The position numbers were made by a program, and so were the translations under genes. DNA of 64,000 nt from the IMG/VR virus record IMGVR_UViG_3300007986_000015; one strand, written 5' to 3'. Each line of letters begins with the position of its first letter. Position 1 is the stretch's first letter. The notes beneath the pieces are model-generated. The model had not been told where the DNA came from and searched no databases. It worked only from the letters and a program-made list of their open reading frames with translations. Origin of the DNA: an uncultured virus (IMG/VR IMGVR_UViG_3300007986_000015) (lineage: Duplodnaviria > Heunggongvirae > Uroviricota > Caudoviricetes). Below, in pieces: positions 21,051-27,112 of this stretch.

Positions 21051-21152
21051 ATGATAAAGAAGTTATATAGATTTAGTAATCCCCTGGCAGGGACATGTTC
21101 CACACAATGGAAACATAATGCCGAAATTACACCTGATGAGGGTGTCGGTTAA
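21051..21152 (+). CDS. Putative attenuator leader peptide, 33 aa, containing all 20 amino acids
   Basis: MIKKLYRFSNPLAGTCSTQWKHNAEITPDEGVG-stop; TATAAATA at 21035-21042. Confidence 0.75.
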   Translation: MIKKLYRFSNPLAGTCSTQWKHNAEITPDEGVG

Positions 21153-21190
21153 GACGCATACATAGCTCGTTTATGTTTGCCTCTTAGCTG
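21146..21190 (+). promoter_or_regulatory. Antiterminator helix containing the leader stop codon
   Basis: 21146-21164 pairs with 21172-21190 at 17 of 19 positions (2 G-U). Confidence 0.75.
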
Positions 21191-21210
21191 AAAAGCCAAG
21201 AGGCTTTTTT
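21179..21210 (+). terminator. Intrinsic terminator (attenuator) upstream of the tRNA array
   Basis: GCCTCTTAGC-TGAAAA-GCCAAGAGGC followed by T6. Confidence 0.88.
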
Positions 21211-21324
21211 GTTATCGATCATTGACAATTGAATATAGTTTTGAAAATTGGAAAAAATCCAAGGATAGAGAGCTGACACTCTACAACCTTGTTATCAAAA
21301 ATGCGAGTGTCCTTTTTTCAAGTT

Positions 21325-21400
21325 GCCCCCGAAACATTATATGGATGATGTTCCGGCTCTTAACCGGAAGAATTCGGATCGTTACCGAACGGGGGTACCA
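21325..21400 (+). tRNA. tRNA-Lys(CTT)
   Basis: Loop CT-CTT-AA; atypical T-loop ATCGTTA; CCA. Confidence 0.85.
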
Positions 21401-21410
21401 TTTTTACGTT

Positions 21411-21485
21411 AGGTTCATAGTGTAATGCGTAGCACGAGAGTCTCCAAAACTCATTGTCTCAGTTCGAATCTGGGTGGACCTGCCA
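21411..21485 (+). tRNA. tRNA-Trp(CCA)
   Basis: Loop CT-CCA-AA; CCA end. Confidence 0.9.
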
Positions 21486-21491
21486 ATTTAT

Positions 21492-21566
21492 CCGCGATTA
21501 GTATAAAAGTTATTACTCCTGTCTGATACACAGGGAAAGGTGGTGCGTTACCACCATCGCGGACCA
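21492..21566 (+). tRNA. tRNA-Ile(GAT)
   Basis: Loop CT-GAT-AC; T-loop TGCGTTA. Confidence 0.85.
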
Positions 21567-21573
21567 TTTTAAT

Positions 21574-21651
21574 GCGAGGATAGGCAAATCGGTGAAGCCG
21601 GCTGGCTTATAACCAGTTGATATGGGGGTTCAAGGCCCTCTCCTCGTACCA
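21574..21651 (+). tRNA. tRNA-Ile(TAT)
   Basis: Loop CT-TAT-AA; CCA. Confidence 0.85.
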
Positions 21652-21801
21652 ATTGCATAGAAGTTGTTCAAAGTTCGCAAAGTATATTTCTCAGCTTAAA
21701 GCTGAATTTTGCTTATCAACATTATCATTTTCGAAATTTGTTGATATGGTTGTAGACCGTGATCAACAGCTAAAACATAGATCATTATATTTTCATTTTA
21801 A

Positions 21802-21876
21802 GGGCGATTAGTTCAAAGGCTAGAATCTCTGACCTGCACTCAGAGGATGCCGATTCGAGTTCGGCATCGTCCACCA
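21802..21876 (+). tRNA. tRNA-Ala(TGC)
   Basis: Loop CC-TGC-AC; G3:U70. Confidence 0.9.
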
Positions 21877-21888
21877 ACAATTTTTAAT

Positions 21889-21963
21889 GCCCCTGTCGTC
21901 TACTGGCTAGGATCTTTGGTTTTCACCCAAAGGGAGGCGGATCGAAACCGCTCAGGGGTACCA
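21889..21963 (+). tRNA. tRNA-Glu(TTC)
   Basis: Loop TT-TTC-AC; CCA. Confidence 0.88.
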
Positions 21964-21967
21964 ATTT

Positions 21968-22040
21968 GCAGAGTGGGGTGCTGGTTCCCCGCTGCGGCTC
22001 ATAACCCCAGTGACGTTGGTTCGATTCCAACCTCCGCTAC
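21968..22040 (+). tRNA. tRNA-Met(CAT), initiator-like, imperfect stems and no encoded CCA
   Basis: GGCTCATAACC anticodon arm, GTTGG-TTCGATT-CCAAC T-arm. Confidence 0.6.
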
Positions 22041-22095
22041 TTTCAGAGTCTAGTCAAGACTCGAACTTGTATAAATAAGAACATGGAGTAATTCT

Positions 22096-22764
22096 ATGTT
22101 CTATACGATATACAAGATAACGAATCGGATCAATGGCAAGTTCTATATTGGAAGCCATAAGACCATTGATCCGAATGACAATTATATGGGTTCAGGTAAG
22201 TATCTAAAACGAGCTCAAAAGAAGAATGGTATTGAAAACTTTACCAAAGAGATTTTGTTCGTTTACGACAACCCTGAAGACATGTATGCTAAAGAAGCTG
22301 AGATCGTTAATGAAGATTTCTTAACTGAAGAAAACACATATAACCTAAAGGTTGGTGGTTCTGGAGGTTGGGATTTAATCAATAAAAACAATCTCAATGG
22401 ATTTTCCAACGTTGAAGTTGCCCGTAAAGGCCGGATCGCTGCAGATGAAAAATTAAAGGCGAAGTATGGTCCTAATTGGCGAAGTATTCTCGCAATTCAA
22501 GGGGTTACGGGTTTGAAACTAAAAATTGAAGATGATCCAGATTTCTTAAAGCGTAAGAATACTCGAGCATTTCTTGGCAAAACTCATTCAGAAGATGCTA
22601 AGAAAAGAATCGGGTCGGCTAATAAAATTAGTCAATTGGGCAGTCGGAATTCCCAATTTGGGACCAAGTGGATTTACAACCCATATGAAAAGGTCTCAAA
22701 ACGAGTTCCAAAAGATATGCTGGTGCCTGAGGGCTGGCTTATCGGCCGTAAGATAAAGTTTTAA
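22096..22764 (+). CDS. GIY-YIG homing endonuclease (Seg-like) inside the tRNA array
   Basis: IYKITN..NGKFYIGSH, YMGSG, YNL; NUMOD3-like GKTHSEDAKKRI. Confidence 0.92.
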   Translation: MFYTIYKITNRINGKFYIGSHKTIDPNDNYMGSGKYLKRAQKKNGIENFTKEILFVYDNPEDMYAKEAEIVNEDFLTEENTYNLKVGGSGGWDLINKNNLNGFSNVEVARKGRIAADEKLKAKYGPNWRSILAIQGVTGLKLKIEDDPDFLKRKNTRAFLGKTHSEDAKKRIGSANKISQLGSRNSQFGTKWIYNPYEKVSKRVPKDMLVPEGWLIGRKIKF

Positions 22765-22773
22765 TACGGTATT

Positions 22774-22848
22774 GCTTCTTTGGTGAAACGGATATCACAT
22801 CAGGCTACGAACCTGACGTTGTAAGTTCGAGTTTTACAGGAGGCACCA
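22774..22848 (+). tRNA. tRNA-Arg(ACG)
   Basis: Loop CT-ACG-AA. Confidence 0.88.
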
Positions 22849-22855
22849 ATTTATC

Positions 22856-22933
22856 GTCCCCATAGTTTAAACGGTATAGAATACTGGACTCTCAATCCGG
22901 CGATTCGGGTTCGAAGCCCGATGGGGGCACCAA
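22856..22933 (+). tRNA. tRNA-Glu(CTC)
   Basis: Loop CT-CTC-AA. Confidence 0.88.
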
Positions 22934-22943
22934 TTTTTACAAT

Positions 22944-23018
22944 TTGGCCATAGCTTAACGGCAAAAGCACTGCACTGTGAATGCGGGGATACGGATTCGA
23001 TTTCCGTTGGTCAACCCA
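22944..23018 (+). tRNA. tRNA-His(GTG)
   Basis: Loop CT-GTG-AA, C discriminator. Confidence 0.85.
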
Positions 23019-23159
23019 ATATTGCCTGTTGATTCTGTTACGAGGGGTTTCAGAGTAGGGCAAGGACGTAGAGGTTTCTAAAGACTTCTCCTATCCGGAA
23101 ATTAAATGATCATCACAAATTTAGAATAGTGATGGTAAGGATCCTCTCTCATTTTTCGA

Positions 23160-23234
23160 GCGGCAGAGGTGTTAATAGATACACGAATGGCTTCCACCCA
23201 TTAGTTCTGAGAGCGTTACTCAGTTGCCGCACCA
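23160..23234 (+). tRNA. tRNA-Gly(TCC)
   Basis: Loop CT-TCC-AC; T-loop AGCGTTA. Confidence 0.8.
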
Positions 23235-23242
23235 ATTTACAA

Positions 23243-23316
23243 GCCCCATTGGTGTAATGGAAGCACACTACCCTGTCACGGTAGCAGAAGGAGATCGATA
23301 CTCCTATGGGGCGCCA
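23243..23316 (+). tRNA. tRNA-Asp(GTC)
   Basis: Loop CT-GTC-AC; GCCA end. Confidence 0.9.
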
Positions 23317-23324
23317 ATTTTAAT

Positions 23325-23410
23325 ACCTAGGTGAGCAGAATGGTATTGCAGCGGGCTGTTAACCCGTCGACGAAAGTCAACTGTAGGTTCGACTCCTACC
23401 CTAGGTGCCA
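23325..23410 (+). tRNA. tRNA-Asn(GTT) with long variable arm
   Basis: Loop CT-GTT-AA; extra GAC-GAAA-GTC hairpin. Confidence 0.85.
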
Positions 23411-23421
23411 ATTTATAAGAT

Positions 23422-23496
23422 GCCCTCTTATTTCAACGAATAGAATACTCGGCTACGAACCGAATGATGGGAGTTTGATTCTCTCAGAGGGCACCA
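23422..23496 (+). tRNA. tRNA-Arg(ACG), second copy
   Basis: Loop CT-ACG-AA; CCA. Confidence 0.8.
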
Positions 23497-23501
23497 ATTT
23501 A

Positions 23502-23600
23502 CAGGGATTGGAAGAGTCTGGTTATCTTCGTCCGGCTTGGAACCGGATAGGTATACTAAGCGTGTATGCCTCGTGGGTTCGAATCCCACATCCCTGACCA
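23502..23600 (+). tRNA. tRNA-Pro(TGG) with long variable arm
   Basis: Loop CT-TGG-AA; C1:G72; extra GGTATAC/GTATGCC hairpin. Confidence 0.85.
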
Positions 23601-23606
23601 ATGAAC

Positions 23607-23676
23607 GTTCGGAAATGCAGGTTCGAGTCCTGCTTACTCCACTGCGGGGTGGTCGTCTAACGGTAGGACACCGAAC
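23607..23676 (+). ncRNA. Circularly permuted tRNA-like RNA (Y RNA/YrlA-like topology)
   Basis: Order: GTTCGG, T-arm, closed acceptor stem, D-arm, CCGAAC. Confidence 0.7.
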
Positions 23677-23686
23677 AATTTTTTAT

Positions 23687-23777
23687 GGATGGATAAGCCA
23701 AGTCGGTCTACGGGCTGCTGTCTTGAAAACAGTTAGTGGTAAAACACGTGTGAGTTCGAGTCTCACTCCATCCGCCA
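23687..23777 (+). tRNA. tRNA-Ser(TGA)
   Basis: Loop CT-TGA-AA; variable arm; GCCA. Confidence 0.9.
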
Positions 23778-23785
23778 ATTTTAAT

Positions 23786-23850
23786 GCCCTGTTAGTTCAA
23801 AGGTCTAGAACCTCTGTTTTACACGCAGATTGTGGGGGTTTGAAAGTTCG
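23786..23850 (+). pseudogene. Truncated tRNA-Val(TAC), broken in the T-arm
   Basis: 5' acceptor strand, D-arm and TT-TAC-AC loop present; 3' end replaced by late promoter and HNH gene. Confidence 0.75.
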
Positions 23851-23869
23851 CAAATATATAAATAACCTT

Positions 23870-24550
23870 ATGAACTACAAATATATTTACGATTCACTAA
23901 TCAATACACGTCTTCAGCACCCGGCCATAGGCTATACCGAGCGGCATCACATATTACCCAAATCAATGGGTGGTGATTATTCTTTAACTAATATAGTAAT
24001 TTTAACAGGTCGTGAACATTGGATTGCTCATCTACTTTTATTTAGAATATATAAAAATAAACAGATGGCCCATGCTTGTCATATGATGGCAATGAGATGT
24101 GAAGAACGTGGTATTCCTCATATTCGCAATTCCCGCATGTATGAAGCGGTTCGAAAAATGTGCTTAGATACATGGCGCGCTAATGGTAAGAAGCGCGTTG
24201 GTAAATTTAATGGCTCGTTTGGAACAATGTGGATTTCTAATATCGAGCTTAAAGAGAATAGCCGAATTTCTAATGATACCATTATTCCGAAAGGGTGGGT
24301 GAAAGGCAGAAGCGCTTGGAATAAAAGGGGTTCTGGCCTTTGTAAAAACTGTGGTAAATCAATTAGCTTGGATCGTATGTCTTGTTCAGAGAATTGTCGA
24401 AGAGCAATTGTAAAAAACGCGCTTAAGGGCACACCAAAAACACTTGAGCATGTAAAAAATGTAAAAGAAGCATTGATTAAGAGATACGAAAATACACAAC
24501 ATCACACGAAAGGCCGCAAACGAGATGGTCTTCGTGGAAAATTTATGTAG
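23870..24550 (+). CDS. HNH homing endonuclease (Mob-like); true start 23870
   Basis: ERHHILPKSMGG....NIVILTGREHWIAHLLL; TATAAATA 5 nt before ATG. Confidence 0.9.
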   Translation: MNYKYIYDSLINTRLQHPAIGYTERHHILPKSMGGDYSLTNIVILTGREHWIAHLLLFRIYKNKQMAHACHMMAMRCEERGIPHIRNSRMYEAVRKMCLDTWRANGKKRVGKFNGSFGTMWISNIELKENSRISNDTIIPKGWVKGRSAWNKRGSGLCKNCGKSISLDRMSCSENCRRAIVKNALKGTPKTLEHVKNVKEALIKRYENTQHHTKGRKRDGLRGKFM

Positions 24551-24626
24551 GGACAGTCGCCTAATGGTTATGGCACCTCGTTTACACCGAGAAATAATTT
24601 CAGTTCGATTCTGAACTGTCCTACCA
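24550..24626 (+). tRNA. tRNA-Val(TAC)
   Basis: Loop TT-TAC-AC; ACCA. Confidence 0.85.
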
Positions 24627-24630
24627 TTTT

Positions 24631-24789
24631 GAAAGATTCACCAGTCTGTGGTCAGTTTCTAGTTTTGTCTGGCAAACGTCCTTAAATCGACTCTCGCCGC
24701 ACCGGATTAGCTATCCAATCGCAAGATACGTCAGCAGAGAAAGCTTAACATCCTAGGTAATTGTTGAGCGTTTATGGTGAACCTCTTTC
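24631..24789 (+). ncRNA. Unassigned structured RNA of about 160 nt
   Basis: Terminal helix GAAAG-A-TTCACCA / TGGTGAA-CCT-CTTTC, bounded by AT-rich spacers like the tRNAs. Confidence 0.5.
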
Positions 24790-24859
24790 AAAAACAAATA
24801 GCATGGCGTTAGCCCCTCGCGCGGTCGAAAACCCGTAATAAGGGCCCATATTTTTATTT

Positions 24860-24948
24860 GGGAGATGTACCGTTCATTGGTCTGTAAAACCAACGTCGAA
24901 AAACAGAACGGAAGTAGACAAGTGGTGCGTTACCACCATTTCCCACCA
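24860..24948 (+). tRNA. Atypical D-armless tRNA-Tyr(GTA)
   Basis: Acceptor GGGAGATG/CATTTCCC-ACCA, arm TTGGT-CTGTAAA-ACCAA, only about 9 nt where the D-arm should be. Confidence 0.65.
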
Positions 24949-24957
24949 ATTTAACAC

Positions 24958-25041
24958 GGCGGAGTTGAGCAGGTAGTGGGCTCAAGTGATTGTAAATCAC
25001 CCTCTTCGGACTTGTAAGTGCAATTCCTACCTTCGCCACCA
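24958..25041 (+). tRNA. tRNA-Tyr(GTA)
   Basis: Loop TT-GTA-AA; variable arm; ACCA. Confidence 0.78.
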
Positions 25042-25048
25042 ATTTCAT

Positions 25049-25124
25049 GGTACAGTAACTCAGTTGGTAGAGTAGCAGATTGAAACCCTGCCGGTCGTGG
25101 GATCATTCCCCACCTGTGCCACCA
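25049..25124 (+). tRNA. tRNA-Phe(GAA)
   Basis: Loop TT-GAA-AC. Confidence 0.82.
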
Positions 25125-25132
25125 ATTTTAAT

Positions 25133-25208
25133 ACTCTTATGGTGTAAGGGAATAGCACAAGAGCCTTCTAAGCTTTTAGTCTAGGTTCGAGTCCTAGTAG
25201 GAGTACCA
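25133..25208 (+). tRNA. tRNA-Arg(TCT)
   Basis: Loop CT-TCT-AA. Confidence 0.9.
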
Positions 25209-25215
25209 ATTTATT

Positions 25216-25291
25216 GCCGCTATAGCTCAAAGGCTTAGAGCCCTGGTTTTGTACTCCAGTGATCACAGTTCGAGTCTGTGTGGCGGCTCCA
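25216..25291 (+). tRNA. tRNA-Thr(TGT), variant loop
   Basis: Loop TT-TGT-AC; TCCA. Confidence 0.85.
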
Positions 25292-25298
25292 ATTTAAT

Positions 25299-25373
25299 TC
25301 GCGTGTAGTTCAGTGGTAGAGCGTTTGCCTGTTAAGCAAGTTGTCGCTGGTTCGAATCCAGCCTCGCGAGCCA
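25299..25373 (+). tRNA. tRNA-Asn(GTT)
   Basis: Canonical; loop CT-GTT-AA. Confidence 0.92.
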
Positions 25374-25379
25374 ATTTTT

Positions 25380-25470
25380 GGAAGTAAATCCCTGATGGTG
25401 ATGGGCGCTGTTTGCTAAACAGTTGGACCGTGTAAAAGCGGTTGGGGTTCGATACCTCTTACTTCCGCCA
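25380..25470 (+). tRNA. tRNA-Ser(GCT)
   Basis: Loop TT-GCT-AA; long variable arm. Confidence 0.88.
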
Positions 25471-25475
25471 TTCAT

Positions 25476-25550
25476 CCCTAGGTAGCTCAGAGGCAGAGCG
25501 TTCGGTTCATATCCGAAATGTCGAGATTTCGAAATTCTCCTTAGGGACCA
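25476..25550 (+). tRNA. tRNA with CAT anticodon (elongator Met or Ile2)
   Basis: Loop TT-CAT-AT. Confidence 0.82.
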
Positions 25551-25556
25551 TCTTAT

Positions 25557-25632
25557 TGGCCTGTAGCACAATTGGCGGTGCGGCTGACTCTGACTCAGCA
25601 GGTTAGTGGTTCAAATCCACTCAGGCCAACCA
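25557..25632 (+). tRNA. tRNA-Gln(CTG)
   Basis: Loop CT-CTG-AC. Confidence 0.9.
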
Positions 25633-25643
25633 TTTTTTTTAAT

Positions 25644-25719
25644 GCCGACATAGTTCAACTGATTAGAATTCATCCTTGGTACGGATGGGAACTGAGTTTA
25701 AGTCTCAGTGTCGGCTCCA
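25644..25719 (+). tRNA. tRNA-Thr(GGT)
   Basis: Loop TT-GGT-AC. Confidence 0.85.
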
Positions 25720-25728
25720 CTTTACAAT

Positions 25729-25804
25729 GCCTCTGAAACATTATATGGATGATGACCGGGCCTTTACCCCGGAGAATTCGGATCGTTACCGAACAGAGGT
25801 ACCA
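25729..25804 (+). tRNA. tRNA-Lys(TTT), variant loop
   Basis: Loop CC-TTT-AC; body nearly identical to tRNA-Lys(CTT) at 21325. Confidence 0.82.
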
Positions 25805-25813
25805 ATTTAAAAT

Positions 25814-25889
25814 GCATCGGTAGCTAAATTGGCTTAGCAACGCACTTTTAATGCGTGAGATCAGGGTTCGAGTCCCTGCCGGTGCACCA
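25814..25889 (+). tRNA. tRNA-Lys(TTT), canonical
   Basis: Loop CT-TTT-AA. Confidence 0.9.
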
Positions 25890-25894
25890 ATTTC

Positions 25895-25968
25895 GCCGAT
25901 ATAGTTCAAAGGAAGAATATCTGTTTCGTAATCAGATGATGTCAGTTCAAGTCTGTCTGTCGGCTCCA
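25895..25968 (+). tRNA. tRNA-Thr(CGT)
   Basis: Loop TT-CGT-AA. Confidence 0.82.
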
Positions 25969-25974
25969 GTTTAT

Positions 25975-26050
25975 GCGATAGTAATTCAACTGGGAGAATA
26001 CCACGTTGCCAACGTGGAGGTTGCGGGATCGTACCCCGCCTATCGCACCA
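25975..26050 (+). tRNA. tRNA-Gly(GCC)
   Basis: Loop TT-GCC-AA. Confidence 0.88.
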
Positions 26051-26101
26051 TCGATTAAAGTAAGAGAGATGAAGGTTCGAATCCTTTTAGTGTCAATTCA
26101 T

Positions 26102-26183
26102 GCGGATGTACGCAATCTGGCAAAGCGGCCAAGCTTAAACCTTGGTGATTTATTTGCGAGTTCGAGTCTCGCCATCCGCACCA
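26102..26183 (+). tRNA. tRNA-Leu(TAA)
   Basis: Loop CT-TAA-AC. Confidence 0.88.
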
Positions 26184-26306
26184 ATAATGGGCACTGACGA
26201 GTGTCAAGGCCAATGAGGAAAGCCTCTTGTCTAAGCAATATTCCCAGCGCATAAGTAGCAAGAATATAGATAATGCTCAAATCTCCAAAGGGCCGAAACC
26301 TTTTAT

Positions 26307-26390
26307 GTGGATATGATGAAATGGCAGACATGCAACGTCGAGAACGTTGTGCTGAAAGGCGTGGGAGTTCAAGTCTCCCTATCCACACCA
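26307..26390 (+). tRNA. tRNA-Leu(GAG)
   Basis: Loop TC-GAG-AA; variable arm. Confidence 0.85.
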
Positions 26391-26554
26391 TTTATGTTTA
26401 GTCATGGTATCACACTGTGAAATACGTTGAAGATAGATGATATCACATCTACGAGGATGGTTGATGCTAACAGAAGTAATTGCTTGATATAGCGATTGTG
26501 GAGCGAAGCAATAAATTCTCGCGTTGTAAAGTTCACTACTAAACACATTTTAAT

Positions 26555-26636
26555 ACCAGTGTACGCAATCTGGCAAAGCGGCCTGCCTTAGAAGCAGGTG
26601 ATATGTTTGTGGGTTCGATTCCCTCCACTGGTACCA
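26555..26636 (+). tRNA. tRNA-Leu(TAG)
   Basis: Loop CT-TAG-AA. Confidence 0.88.
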
Positions 26637-26642
26637 TTTTAT

Positions 26643-26716
26643 TGCTTCATAGTGTAATAGCAGCACAGGAGTCTTTGAAGCTCTTTGTCTGGGTGCGAAT
26701 CCCGGTGAAGCAACCA
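26643..26716 (+). tRNA. tRNA-Gln(TTG)
   Basis: Loop CT-TTG-AA. Confidence 0.82.
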
Positions 26717-26725
26717 TTTCAAAAT

Positions 26726-26807
26726 GCGGATGTACGCAATCTGGCAAAGCGGCCAAGCTCAAACCTTGGTGAATTATTTGTGAGTTCGATTCTCACCATC
26801 CGCACCA
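26726..26807 (+). tRNA. tRNA-Leu(CAA)
   Basis: Loop CT-CAA-AC; near duplicate of Leu(TAA). Confidence 0.88.
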
Positions 26808-27020
26808 ATTTACACATTCAATCGGTATACGCATAATAGGAGACGTCAAATTGGACGTATGAGTCTCCGATATATGTAATATGTGAAGAAGCAATTCCAA
26901 TAATGCGACTTAAAGGTTGACCTATTTAAAGTCCTAAGGTGAGAGCTTTCACCTTGGGCAGCAAAACTAATGGTGTACAATTACACCTAAATATGTTAAT
27001 ATAGATCAAAGTAGTTTAAT

Positions 27021-27096
27021 GGGTGTATGGCTGAATGCTAAAGGCGCACGGCTGCAAACCGTGATTGTGTGAGTTGGATTCTCACTGCATCCTCCA
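27021..27096 (+). tRNA. tRNA-Cys(GCA)
   Basis: Loop CT-GCA-AA; U discriminator; own early-type promoter at about 26965-27000. Confidence 0.88.
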
Positions 27097-27112
27097 AATT
27101 GAAAGTAATATT

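Noticed and set aside
24800..24850. HDV-like (theta) ribozyme next to tRNAs
   Set aside because: Could not build the nested double pseudoknot by eye; kept only as an unassigned structured slot
26051..26096. Additional tRNA at GAAGG-TTCGAAT-CCTTT
   Set aside because: Only a T-arm is present; no D or anticodon arm, probably a remnant
26190..26230. CTGACGA...GAAA as a hammerhead ribozyme
   Set aside because: CTGACGA sits in a simple hairpin loop and the three hammerhead stems cannot be built
26102..26807. Repeated GTACGCAATCTGGCAAAGCGGCC as a possible CRISPR repeat
   Set aside because: It is the shared D-arm of three paralogous Leu tRNAs, irregularly spaced; no cas genes
21222..26836. Short ORFs on both strands across the tRNA array, and the 5' extension of ORF 23537-24550
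   Set aside because: They overlap clear tRNA genes; the HNH gene starts at 23870
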